A stretch of 64,000 nt of DNA, taken from Sminthopsis crassicaudata (taxonomy: Eukaryota). Shown here piece after piece: positions 9,630-21,014 of the stretch (positions are counted from its first letter, which is position 1; every line of letters starts with the position of its first letter). Location of the stretch: assembly GCF_048593235.1 (NCBI RefSeq), contig NC_133619.1:637772558-637836557 (forward strand). Direction: 5' to 3'. Under the pieces are notes generated by a model that searched no databases, had not been told where the DNA came from, and saw only the letters and a list, made by a program, of their open reading frames with translations. The position numbers were made by a program, and so were the translations under genes.

Positions 9630-10160
9630 TTTCATTTACTCTGTGTTGTCAACCCAACAGGCCCTTTTAAGCTGCTCTGTCAGGCAGTGTACTAAGCACT
9701 GGGGATACAAAGAAAAACAAAAGACAGTCCTTCAAGGATCTCACAGTCTACTGACTATAGGGAACAAGAAGCAAATGACCAGCTAAAAATAAGCTAGTCA
9801 CAAGTTGAATTAAAGATAATCAACAGAAGAAAAGCACCTGGTTTTAAGGAAAGGCTCCTTAGAGAAAGTGAGATTTTAGCTTTGACTTGAAGGAAGCCAG
9901 TCAAGCCAAGAAGCAGAGATGAGGAGGTAGAAAGTTCCAGACATGGGGAAGGATGCCCAATGAAAATGCCAGAGAACATAGATTACCTGCTTGAAAGAAG
10001 AGCAAGGAAAACTGTCAGTGGAAAACAAAGCAAAGGGAAGGGAGAAATATGTAGTAAGTCTAGAAAGGGAAGCAGACACCAGGTTAGGAAAGCCTTCAAA
10101 CAGAGGATTTTATCATTGATCCTGGAGAAAACAGGAAACCTCAGATTCATTGTCCTTTAG
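9630..10160 (+). mobile_element. Ancient L2-like fragment
   Basis: Degenerate motifs such as actaagcactggggatacaaag...gacagtcc...tcacagtcta, recognised by pattern only. Confidence 0.45.
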
Positions 10161-10269
10161 TATATTTTTTCCTTGACTCTGCTTGTTTTAGTCTGCCTCC
10201 ATTCATTTAAGTTATAAGGCAGTTAAAGTCCATTATATTCATGTACCATATTGTATTTAGCCATTCCAT

Positions 10270-10550
10270 GATTAATGGGCAGGGACAGTTGGGTAGGGAA
10301 GCAGATAGAATATTTGGTTTGGAATCAGGAAGACTCATCATAAATTCATTTGAAATACCTACTGGCTGTGTGACCTCAAACAAGTCATTTACCTTGTTTG
10401 CCTTGTTTGCCTTTGTTCGTCTATAAAATGATCTGGAAAAGGAAATGGCAAACTGATATCTTTGCCAAGAAAAAAAAAAAAAACGCAAAATAGGGTCACA
10501 GAGAGTCAGAATGAAACATTTAACAAAAGTCAATGGACATTTATTTTGTT
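10270..10550 (+). mobile_element. MAR1/MIR-like CORE-SINE
   Basis: ggaatcaggaagac...tgtgtgacctcaaacaagtcattt...ctataaaatga...tggaaaaggaaatggcaaac...tctttgccaagaaa...gggtcacagagagtcaga. Confidence 0.65.
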
Positions 10551-10584
10551 TCCAGTTATTTTTTACTACCAAAAAAAGTGAAAA

Positions 10585-10728
10585 GTAGCTGGATGGTATA
10601 GTAGTTAAAGTATGGTTCTTGGAGTCAGTAGGACCTGAGTTCAAATGTGACCAGACACTTAACACTTCCTAGCTATGTGACCCTAGGTAAGTCACTTAAC
10701 CCTAACTTTTTCAAGAAAAAAAAAAAAG
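10585..10728 (+). mobile_element. WSINE1-like SINE
   Basis: ggacctgagttcaaatgtgaccagacacttaacacttcctagctatgtgaccctaggtaagtcacttaaccc followed by an A tail. A copy lies at ~37626-37769. Confidence 0.8.
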
Positions 10729-13298
10729 ATGTAATATTTTGGTGTATATAAATCCTTATTTCATATCAATGAAATCTCTGGGGTATATGTCTAGCAATGG
10801 ACTCTGGGTCAAAGAGCATGGACTAAAAGCTAAAAAGCTTAATTTGCATAAAACACAGTTGCTCTTTTAAATGGTTGTACTAATTCACAACTCCACCAAC
10901 AATGCATTTATGTACTATCTAATACTTGTCCAAAAACTGACTTTTTCCAGTTGTTGTCATCTTTGACAGATCTCTGGAGAGGAAGTAAAACCTCAGAGTT
11001 GTTTTGAATTGCCTTCTACTTAAATAGTGATTTGAGGAATTTTCTTATGTGATTGTATTTATTTGTAATTTTTCTTCTGAGAACTGTGCACTGTTCTAAG
11101 AACTTTTGACCATGTATCTGTTGGAGAACTGTCTATTAAAGTTAAGTACACTGGTGGGGGTTGGTGAGCTATAGTTTTTGAAGAGCAAATCCATAGGCAG
11201 TTCTGTGAATCTGAAGTAGTAGCCACTTCCTTCTCCACCTTCCAACTTTTATTCCCAGCCTGAGATCTATCCTGATACCTGCAAGTACCAAATTGGGAAG
11301 AATCAACTAAAGAAGTGTAGATTCCATAGAAAGGAGATTACTGTGACATTTTTACTTTCTCGGGATGATGTCTACACAACAGGGTAGTAGCACAAGTCTT
11401 GAGGAGATTGGGTGACCCTGAAAACAACATCAAATTCAGATCTTTTCCATTAAGAGATGTTGGGTTTTCTCTTTCTGCACTGGTTTATTTAGCATTTTAT
11501 GTGTGTTTTCTACATGATCAAATAAAAGTCACCTCATCCCTACAGTTCATATTATACATTAAATATCTGTATGAGTTGGGGACTGTATACATTTAGAGAA
11601 ACTGAGTCATGGGCTATGATTTATTTTGGAGTCTTTCCTGGATTAATTCCAGGAATGTGTGTGGGGAAGATTAAAGAAAAGAAAGTGAATTCTTTGGAGT
11701 TCTTCAGAATAGGAATATTTCATGTGAGTTTATAATTTTCATGGGGGAGTGAGGAAAGGGTTCACATGTTACAAATACACATGAAGATTAAATTATTTAA
11801 AATTAGGAAAAGATATAATGGGCAATTAAAGTAGTTTCCTCAATTTGAGTTATTGACATCCCCAAATAGAAAATGGATGAAGGAACAGATATTGACTCAG
11901 ATAATAACAGTTTCTTACAGAAGTTTAGCCTCTGTAAATCAAAGGAGTCTATAAACCACTTGAGTCCATCTCATTGTCTGATCTATTTGCCAAGTAGAGA
12001 GATGTAGTAGCTAAGGGCAGTGCCAATTTTACAATAGAAAAGTGTAAAATGGTAAGGAAGAGTTTGAACAGTATCAATTCAGCAAAGCAAAGAAATTTCA
12101 AGAAAGCTTGGCAAGATATTGGCAACTAAAAACATTCATCCTGAGGACATTTAAAGATAAAAGTGGAAGATAACAAAAGATTAAAGTTGAGAGAGAGGTA
12201 CATATTTTCATGTAACACTTATTGACTGTGTGTGACACTTGGTGAGTACTCCATGTGTCAACTGGGCCACAGCAGCTAGGTAAGAAGTCTAAGTCATCAA
12301 TTTTAGTGTCATCATCCTGTGAAACCCCCATCAAATCAGTATCCCTTGATTCATCGGGGGAAGGGAGAGGACAGCATATTTGAATGGTCCACCAGATGGT
12401 GCTATATTCAAGTCACCAACCAAGTGGTCTCATCAGGGTCTCTTTGGCACCAAGCCTCCCCTACTGCACCAAGCAGTCTGGCTCTAAACAAATGGGCAAG
12501 TAAGCCAAAACAAAACTTGACCAAAAGTTGGATCTATTCTGAATAGATTCTGAATTTAAATTAGAGAATTATGAAATATTAAAACATTAAAATCTGAAAT
12601 CATTGGTCTTCACAGAACTCAAAGTCCTCCAACCCTTCTCCTGGACTTTAGTTTATCAGCTGAAACATCCTCTTTTCTCTCAATTCATAACACTATGGCC
12701 ACATAACAAAAAATGTAGGGAAAAGGATTCAGAGTGCTGTCTTGATTTTAACCCCATTTAGATTCCCAAACTTTCTTTTCATTGCCTTTATTGCCATTTT
12801 TTTTTTTTTTGAGTTGTCAGAGGGATAATTTCAAAAAACTTGTATTCTGATCCTGCAGGTCATGGGAAAGACCAAGTATGTATTTGTGGGAAATATTGGG
12901 GAGGGAAGTTGTATGTCTGAGACCCCACTTCCTCAACAGAACTATGATTAGTGGAAGATGGGGAAAGAGAGGTTGGTAGATGGGTGTTGGTATCTCTTTC
13001 CCGACCAAAGGGATTTTCAAAAGTTGAACCTTCTAGCCACTAGTCTGTCATTACCATGGGTCTTGATTATTCCAACTGCTGTAGTTGTCTAATTTGGTGG
13101 GCCCAGTTCTCCCAGGACAGCCCTGATTATAGCAAGTCCCTTCAACCTGCCCCTCTCCCCACATCTTCAAAGGGTATCAGGAAATATCTCTTGAGATCAA
13201 AGGGGAACACAAGGGAGAAAATCAATTTTATGCCAAAGCAACAGTCTCTCTTCCTTTCTCCAATGTTAGGCTTGCCCTCTTGTCATGGAGATCTAATT

Positions 13299-16200
13299 TT
13301 TTTTTTCTTTTTTTTTATTTATTTAATTTAATTTTTAAAAATTTTTAAATTTTATAATTATAAAATTTTTGACAGTAAAAATGCATGAGTAATTTTTTAT
13401 AACATTATCCTTTGTATTAATTTTTCCAAATTTTCCCCTCCCTCCCTCTACTTTTTTTTTTTTTCATTTTTATTTTATAATTATAACATTTTTTTGACAG
13501 TACATATGCATGGGTAATTTTTTACAACATTATCCCTTGCACTTACTTCTATTCAGATTTTTTCCCTTCCTCCCCCAACCCCCTCCCCCAGATGGCAATC
13601 AGTCTTATATATGTTAAATATATTACAGTATATTCTAGATACAATATATGTGTGTAGAACCGAATTTCTTGTTGCACAGGAAGAATTGGATTCAGAAGGT
13701 AAAAATAACAGTTTACACTCATTTCCCAGTGTTCCTTTCCCGGATGTAGCTGGTTCTGTCCATCATTAATCAATTGGAATTGGATTAGCTCTTCTCTATG
13801 TTGAAGAAATCCACTTCCATCAGCATACATCCTCGTACAGTATCATTGTTGAAGTGTATAATGATCTTCTGGTTCTGCTCGTTTCACTCAGCATCAGTTG
13901 ATGTAAGTCTCTCCAAGCCTCTCTGTATTTCTCCTGTTGGTCATTTCTTATAGAACAATAATATTCCATAACATTCATATACCATAGTTTACCCAACCAT
14001 TCTCCAATTGATGGACATCCATTCATCTTCCAGCTTCTAGCCACTATGAAAAGGGCTGCCACAAACATTTTGGCACATACAGGTCCCTTTCCCTTCTTTA
14101 GTAGTTCCTTGGGGTATAAGCCCAGTAGTAGTATGGCTGGGTCAAAGGGTATGCACATTTTGATAACTTTTTGAGCATAATTCCAGATTGCTCTCCAGAA
14201 TGGTTGGATTCTTTCACAACTCCACCAACAATGCATCAGTGTCCCAGTGTTCCCACAGCCCCTCCAACATTCATCATTATTTGTTCCTGTCATCTCAGCC
14301 AATCTGACAGGTGTGTAATGATACCTCAGAGTTATCTTAATTTGCATTTCTCTGATCAATAGTGATTTGGAACACTCTTTCATATGAGTGGAAATAGTTT
14401 TAATTTCATCATCTGAAAATTGTCTGTTCATATCCTTTGACCATTTATCAATTGGAGAATGGCTTGATTTCTTATAAATTAAAGTTAATTCTCTGTATAT
14501 TTTGGAGATGAGGCCTTTATCAGAACCTTTAACTGTAAAAAATTTTTCCCAATTTGTTACTTCCCTTCTAATCTTGTTTGCATTAGTTTTGTTTGTGCAG
14601 AAACTTTTTAATTTGGTGTAATCAAAATGTTCTATTTTGTGATCAATAATGGTCTCTAGTTCTCCCTTGGACACAAACTCCTTCCTCCTCCACAAGTCTG
14701 AGAGGTAAACCATCCCATGTTCCTCCAATTTATTTATGATTTCGTTTTTTATGCCTAAATCTTGGACCCATTTTGATCTAATCTTAGTATGTGGTGTTAA
14801 ATGTGGGTCCATGCCTAGTTTCTGCCATACTAATTTCCAGTTTTCCCAGCAGTTTTTGTCAAATAATGAATTCTTATCCCAAAATTTGGGATCTTTGGGT
14901 TTGTCAAAGATTAGATTGCTATTTTTATTCACTATCTTGCCCTGTGAACCTAACCTATGCCACTGATCAACTAGTCTATTTCTTAGCCAATACCAAATGG
15001 TTCTGGTGACTGTTGCTTTATAATATAGCTTTAAATCAGGTACACTTAGACCACCTTCCTCTGGCTTTTTTTTCATTAGTTCCCTTGCAATTCTCGACCT
15101 TTTATTCTTCCATATGAATTTTGTTGTTGTTTTTTCTAGGTCATTAAAATAGTTTCTTGGGAGTCTGATTGGTATAGCACTAAATAAATAGATTAGTTTG
15201 GGGAGTATTGTCATCTTTATTATATTCTCTCGGCCTATCCAAGAACACTGAATGTCTTTCCAATTATTTAAATCTGACTTTATTTTTGTGGCAAGTGTTT
15301 TGTAATTTTGCTCATATAATTCCTGACTCTCCTTTGGTAGATATATTCCCAAATATTTTATACTATCGACTGTTATTTTGAATGGAATTTCTCTTTGTAT
15401 CTCTTGCTGTTGGATTGTGTTGGTAATGTATAAAAATCCTGAGGATTTATGTGGATTTATTTTGTATCCTGCGACTTTGCTAAAATTCTGAATTATTTCT
15501 AATAGCTTTTTAGCAGAGTCTTTGGGGTTCTCTAAGTATACCATCATGTCATCTGCGAAAAGTGACAATTTGATTTCTTCATTTCCTACTCTAATTCCTT
15601 GAATCTCTTTCTCGGCTCTTATTGCCGAAGCTAGAGTTTCTAGTACTATATTGAATAGTAATGGTGATAGTGGGCAACCTTGTTTCACTCCTGATCTTAC
15701 AGGGAAAGGTTCTAGTTTATCACCATTACATATGATGTTTACTGAAGGTTTTAAATATATGCTCCTTATTATTTTAAGGAATAGTCCATTTATTCCTATA
15801 CTCTCAAGCGTTTTTAGTAGGAATGGATGTTGGATTTTATCAAATGCCTTTTCTGCATCTATTGAGATGATCATATGGTTTTTATTAATTTGATTATTAA
15901 TATGGTCAATTATATTAATAGTTTTCCTAATATTAAACCAGCCTAATATTAAATCCCACTTGGTCATAGTGCATTATCCTGGGGATGATTTTCTGAAGTC
16001 TATTTGCTAATATCTTATTTAAGATTTTAGCATCAATATTCATTAAGGAAATTGGTCTATAGTTTTCTTTCTCAGTTTTTGATCTACCTGGTTTAGGTAT
16101 CAGTACCATGTCTGTGTCATAGAAGGAATTTGGTAGGACTCCTTCAATCCCTATTTTTTCAAATAGTTTACATAGCATTGGAGTTAGTTGTTCTTTAAAT

Positions 16201-18339
16201 GTTTGGTAGAATTCACCTGTAAATCCATCTGGTCCTGGGGACTTTTTCTTAGGAAGTTGGTTAATAGCTTGGTCTATTTCTTTTTCTGAGATGGGACTAT
16301 TTAGACTACTTACTTCTTCCTCTGTTAATCTGGGCAAGCTATATTTTTGGAGGTATTCTTCCATTTCATTTAAGTTATCGAATTTATCGGCATAAAGTTG
16401 AGCAAAGTAGCTCCTAACTATTGTTCTAATTTCCTCTTCATTAGTGGTGAGTTCACCCTTTTCATTTTCAAGACTATCAATTTGCTTTTTCTCTTTCCTT
16501 TTTTTAATCAGGTTTACTAAGGGTTTGTCTATTTTGTTGGTTTTTTCATAAAACCAACTCTTAGTTTTATTAATTAATTCAATAGTTTTTTTACTTTCAA
16601 TTTTATTAATCTCACCTTTTATTTTTTGAATTTCAAGTTTTGTGTTTGTCTGGGGGATTTTAATTTGTTCCTTTTCTAGCAATTTTAGTTGTAAGCCCAG
16701 TTCGTTGGCCCTCTCTTTCTCTATTTTATGCAAGTAGGCCTGTAGAGATATAAAACTTCCCCTTATTACTGCTTTGGCTGTATCCCACACATTTTGGTAT
16801 GATGTCTCATTATTGTCATTTTCTTGGGTGAAGTTATTAATTATGTCTATGATTTGCTGTTTTACCCAATCATTCTTTAGTATAAGATTATTTAGTTTCC
16901 AATTATTTTTTGGTCTATTTTCCCCTGGCTTTTTATTAAATGTTATTTTGATTGCATTATGGTCTGAAAAGGATGCATTTACTATTTCTGCCTTGCTGCA
17001 TTTGATTTTGAGGTTTTTATGCCCTAGTATATGATCAATTTTTGTATAGGTTCCATGAACTGCTGAGAAGAAAGTATATTCCTTTCTGTCTCCATTTAGC
17101 TTTCGCCAAAGATCTATCATATCAAACTTTTCTAGTATTCTATTTACCTCTTTGACTTCTTTCTTATTTATTTTGTGGTTTGATTTATCTAATTCTGAGA
17201 GTGCAAGGTTGAGATCTCCTGCTATTATAGTTTTGCTATCTATTTCCTCTTGCAGCTCTCTTAATTTCTCTTTTAAGAATTTAGATGCTGCACCACTTGG
17301 TGCATACATGTTTAATATTGATACTGCTTCACTATTGATGCTGCCCTTTAGCAGGATATAATGCCCTTCCTTATCTCTTTTAATTAGATCGATTTTTGTT
17401 TTTGCTTGATCTGAGATGAGGATGGTTACTCCTGCTTTTTTTGCTTTTGCCTGAAGCATAATAGATTCTGCTCCACCCTTTTACTTTTAGTTTGAATGTC
17501 TCACCCTGTTTCAGGTGTGTTTCCTGTAAACAACATATAGTAGGACTCTGACTTTTAATCCAGTCTGCTAACTGCTTCCTCTTTATGAGGCAGTTTGCCC
17601 CATTCACATTTATGGTTAGAAGGACTAATTCTATATTGCTTGCCATCCTATTAACCCCTGCTTATGCTTTTCCCCTTTCCTTCCCTTTTACCCTCCTATC
17701 CAGTATTAAACTGGTGAACACCACTTGCTTTTCACAGCCCTCCCTTTTTAGGATCCCTCCCCCACCTTAAAGATCCTCCCCTTATTTTACCCCTTTTCCT
17801 CGAAATTACTGTATTCCCTTGCCCTTAGCTTACTCCTTCCCTTTCACTTTTCAATGAAGTGGAAGAAGTTTCACCATAAATCGAATATGTCTATTGATAC
17901 ACGCTATGTTCATCTCCCTCCTTTCTTTCTCTCAGATATAATAGGTTACCTTTGCCTCTTCATGAGATGTAGTACCACCACTTTACACTTTTTTATGATA
18001 TAATCTCCTTTCCACCTCTAGTTGCTAAGACAAATTGTACATATGTTCTTTACATATTTTTTTGACAGAAGTATAGTTCTCAAGATTTCTTTTTACCTTT
18101 TTAGAAATCTCTTGAGTTCTGTATTTGAAGATCAAACCTTTTATGTAGGTCTGGTTTTTTCATCAAAAATAGATGGAATTCATTTATTTCGTTAAATGTC
18201 CATCTTCTTCCCTGGAAAACGATGCTCATTCTTGCTGGGTAAGTTATTCTTGGCTGCATACCAAGTTCCTTAGCCTTTCGGAATATCATGATCCAGGCCC
18301 TTCGTTCTTTTAATGTGGACGCTGCTAGATCCTGGGTTA
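13299..18339 (-). mobile_element. 5'-truncated young LINE-1 (ORF1 C-terminus, spacer, ORF2, 3'UTR, double A-tail), unit 1 copy
   Basis: TSD atggag(a/c)tctaatt at 13285-13298 and 18340-18353, and an ORF1 tail at 18101-18338 (AKELGMQPRITYPARMS). ORF2 EN, RT and C-terminal domains are present. An empty paralogous site atggaactctaattcaacaa lies at 25421-25440. Confidence 0.97.
13820..17646 (-). pseudogene. L1 ORF2 (endonuclease / reverse transcriptase), disrupted by two frameshifts
   Basis: The N-terminus 17646-~17450 (INVNG, CCLQETH) is separated by a +1 frameshift at the T-run 17445-17448. A second, net -8 bp lesion lies at 15944-15950 in the [14 protein letters not shown] motif. The RT motifs [10 protein letters not shown] and LFADDM are intact. 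Confidence 0.93.
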
Positions 18340-19503
18340 ATGGAGCTCTAATTCAACAATATATTATCCCACAGCACTGTGATGATGTTTCTCCACACTC
18401 ATGGGGATGTTGTTGATGAGCAAAGCTCCTCCCTCTTTTCCATCCTCAAACAGTCAAACCCAAAGGCACTGTGTGGGCCACAGGTTAAATCTTTTCACTC
18501 TCAAGGATAGTAGAGATGCCATATCTGGACTCTAACAACATAGGCCCAGATGTGCTAAAAGAGGGGAAGATATTTGGCTAAAGAGTCACTGGGTAGAGGG
18601 ACAGCTCAATGGCAGTAGATAGAGCACCGGCCCTGAAGTGAGGATGACCTGAGTTAAAATCCAGCCTCAGACACTTATCACTTCCTAATTGACTCAAGTC
18701 AATTAATACCAAATGTAACTCCTGTGGACTGTGTGTGACACTTCGTGAGTGTGCCATGTGTCACCTGGATCACAGCAGCTGTGTAAGAAGTCTAAGTCAT
18801 CAATTTTAGTGTCATCATCCTGAAAACCCCCAGAAAATCAGTGTCCCTTGATTCATTGGGGGGGAGGGGAGAGGGAGGATCCAGCCTCAGACACTTACCA
18901 CTTCCTACTTGTGTGGGCAAGTCAATTAATACCAAATGCCTCTGTAAAAAGGGAAAAGTTAATTAAGAATCTTGGGTAAAGCAGAGGAAAGATGTGGAGG
19001 AAATTGATAGGTTAAGAAAAGGGAGAAGGAGGAAGTTGAGAGTGAAAGATTGGAAAGGAGACAGAGGAAAAAGAGAGAGATGCGCTGGAGGAGGAGGAGT
19101 GGCAGAGACAGATCCAAGGGAGAAAGTAGGGGGGGGGGAAAGTGGGGGTGATGGGTACCGGGGAGGCGGTGTGTCCTCTTAGAGCAGCCAGCTGGATGCT
19201 GGGGTTGGGAGAGCCAGTCAAGTTATAACTCCCAGGTGCTGGAATCCCATTGCCCACCCCTGCCCCTTATCTCTTCCTGGCCAGGTTTTCCCCTTCCCAC
19301 AAGGGAAGAAAGAAGGGGCGAAAAAAAGGAGGGGATGTGTGGACAGGGACAGGCTGGAGGTCTGAAAGGGGAGATGAGCCGGAAAGAGGCCAGGAGAAGG
19401 GAAGGTGCGCCCCAACCTGAGCGAGCGCAGGAGCTGCTGCTTTTGTGGAACCACTGGCTACAAGAGCCGCTTGCTGTCAGTCTGCCTTGGGCTGGACCTT
19501 GCT

Positions 19504-19640
19504 CTTTCAGTTTTCCTTTCCTGGTACCCGCCCTTCTTACCTGCAGACACCTGGCCCCGCCCCTTTCGCAGCGGGATTTTTGGAATCTGTTTCCACTTTT
19601 CATACATCAGGGGAATCTCCGGCTCGGCCGCTTAAAACTG
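19504..19640 (+). promoter_or_regulatory. Proximal promoter of IFNL copy 2: PRDIII-like IRF site, NF-kB site, TATA-like element
   Basis: ctttcagttttcctttcc at 19504-19521 contains GAAAACTGAAAG on the - strand. GGGAATCTCC at 19611-19620 fits GGGRNNYYCC, and ttaaaa follows. Identical motifs occur in copy 3 (27750-27767, 27857-27866), copy 4 (46554-46571, 46661-46670) and copy 5 (54800-54817, 54907-54916). Confidence 0.75.
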
Positions 19641-19691
19641 CAGGGATGAAGCGGTCTCCTGCATCACTTGCCACCTCCCTTCTCCAAGGCC

Positions 19692-21014
19692 ATGAGGACT
19701 CCGCAGACTCTCTCGCTGCTGCTTTGTGCCCTGATGTCAGGGGCGATTTCGAAGTCCCTGGCCCCGACTCCCAGCAGCCTTCCCCCCGAGAGGAGCTGCC
19801 AGATCAGCCACTTCAAGTCTCTTTCGCCTCGGGAGCTGGAAACCTTCAAGGTGGCCCAGAATGCCTACGTGAGTTCCTGGAGTGATTTTTGTACCCCACT
19901 CCTCCCATCCCTCACTTCCCGGGGTCTAACCTCGATCTCTTTTACTGGGCTCTAATACTCATCTCTCGCACTGAGATCTAACCTTCATCCTTCCTTCTTG
20001 AGCTGTCGCTTTCTCTGTTCTAACCTCCGTCCTACATCGCAAGGATCTAGAAGGGTCACAAGCCTTTAACTCCTTCCTCTTCATCCCCCAAAGGAGAAGA
20101 TCATGATTCAGACGGAGAGGAAATGTAGCTCCCGATTCTTCCACAGAAACTGGGACCTTCGGCAGCTGCCGGTAAGAAGGGGCGCTCCCCACCTCTCAGT
20201 CCCCCATCGCCTGTCTCCGAAATCTGTAGCCTCCCCATTTCTCTTCCCCCATCTGTGGGTCCTCCCCGCCTTCCCCTGTCCCCTTCATTAGCCTCTCCCT
20301 CACATCGCCTCTCATCTCTCCCCTCACAGCCGTCCGTCCGGCCCCTGGTCTTACAGGCTGAGCTGAAATTGACTCTGGACGTCTTGAAAGCCGTAACCAA
20401 GCCTGAGCTGGACAGAGTTCTGGCTCAACCCCTACAAACGCTCAGCCACATCTACCAAGAGATCCAAAGCTGTGTGAGTACTGGAGGATGGGCGGGGCTC
20501 CCCTGGACCAATGGGCATGGAGCTGTTCCCTGTCTCTCAGGCGCCTCTGTCCCTTGCAGTGAGGCTGAGAGGCTGCAATACCTGGATTCCTCCCTCTCCC
20601 CCCACCCATCAAGTACCCGAGTTCCCCTTCTCTTTTATCAAGTCCACCCTCTCCCTACACAGGTTACTTCCAGGCCCTCTAAGGAACACAGGCCTCCAGG
20701 CCGCCTGAAGAATTGGCTGAACAAGCTCAGTGAGGCCAGAAAGGTGAGTCAGGAAAGCTTCAGATCTACGGAGGGCACCCGGGGATGGAGGGGAGAAGTC
20801 AGAGGGGACCCCAGAGCCTGGGCAGCAAGAGACTCTGCCCACCCCACCCCCACCCCGAGAGAGGAGCAGGACTCAGAATTCCCCAGAGGACCCTTACCCC
20901 TGTGTCTCTTCTCTTCAGGAGCCTCACAATTGCCTAGAAGCATCGATCATGCTCAATCTCTTCAGACTCCTGACCCAAGACCTCCGATGTGTAGCCTATG
21001 GGGACCTCTGTTGA
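19692..21014 (+). CDS. IFNL: Interferon lambda copy 2, 5 exons, 191 aa; canonical B-type
   Basis: Exons 19692-19868, 20094-20171, 20330-20473, 20663-20743 and 20919-21014 have GT-AG introns. It retains SCQISHF and the canonical helix F LNLFRLLTQDLRCVAYGDLC*. Confidence 0.96.

Noticed and set aside
14171-17770. Short + strand ORFs inside the L1s (also 41.2-44.8 kb and 63.3 kb)
   Set aside because: Antisense shadows of L1 ORF2.
19189-19300. A composite PTF1 site (E-box plus TC-box at helical spacing) in the captured SYCN block
   Set aside because: The individual motifs are present, but I could not find the required same-strand order and spacing, so only separate motifs are claimed.
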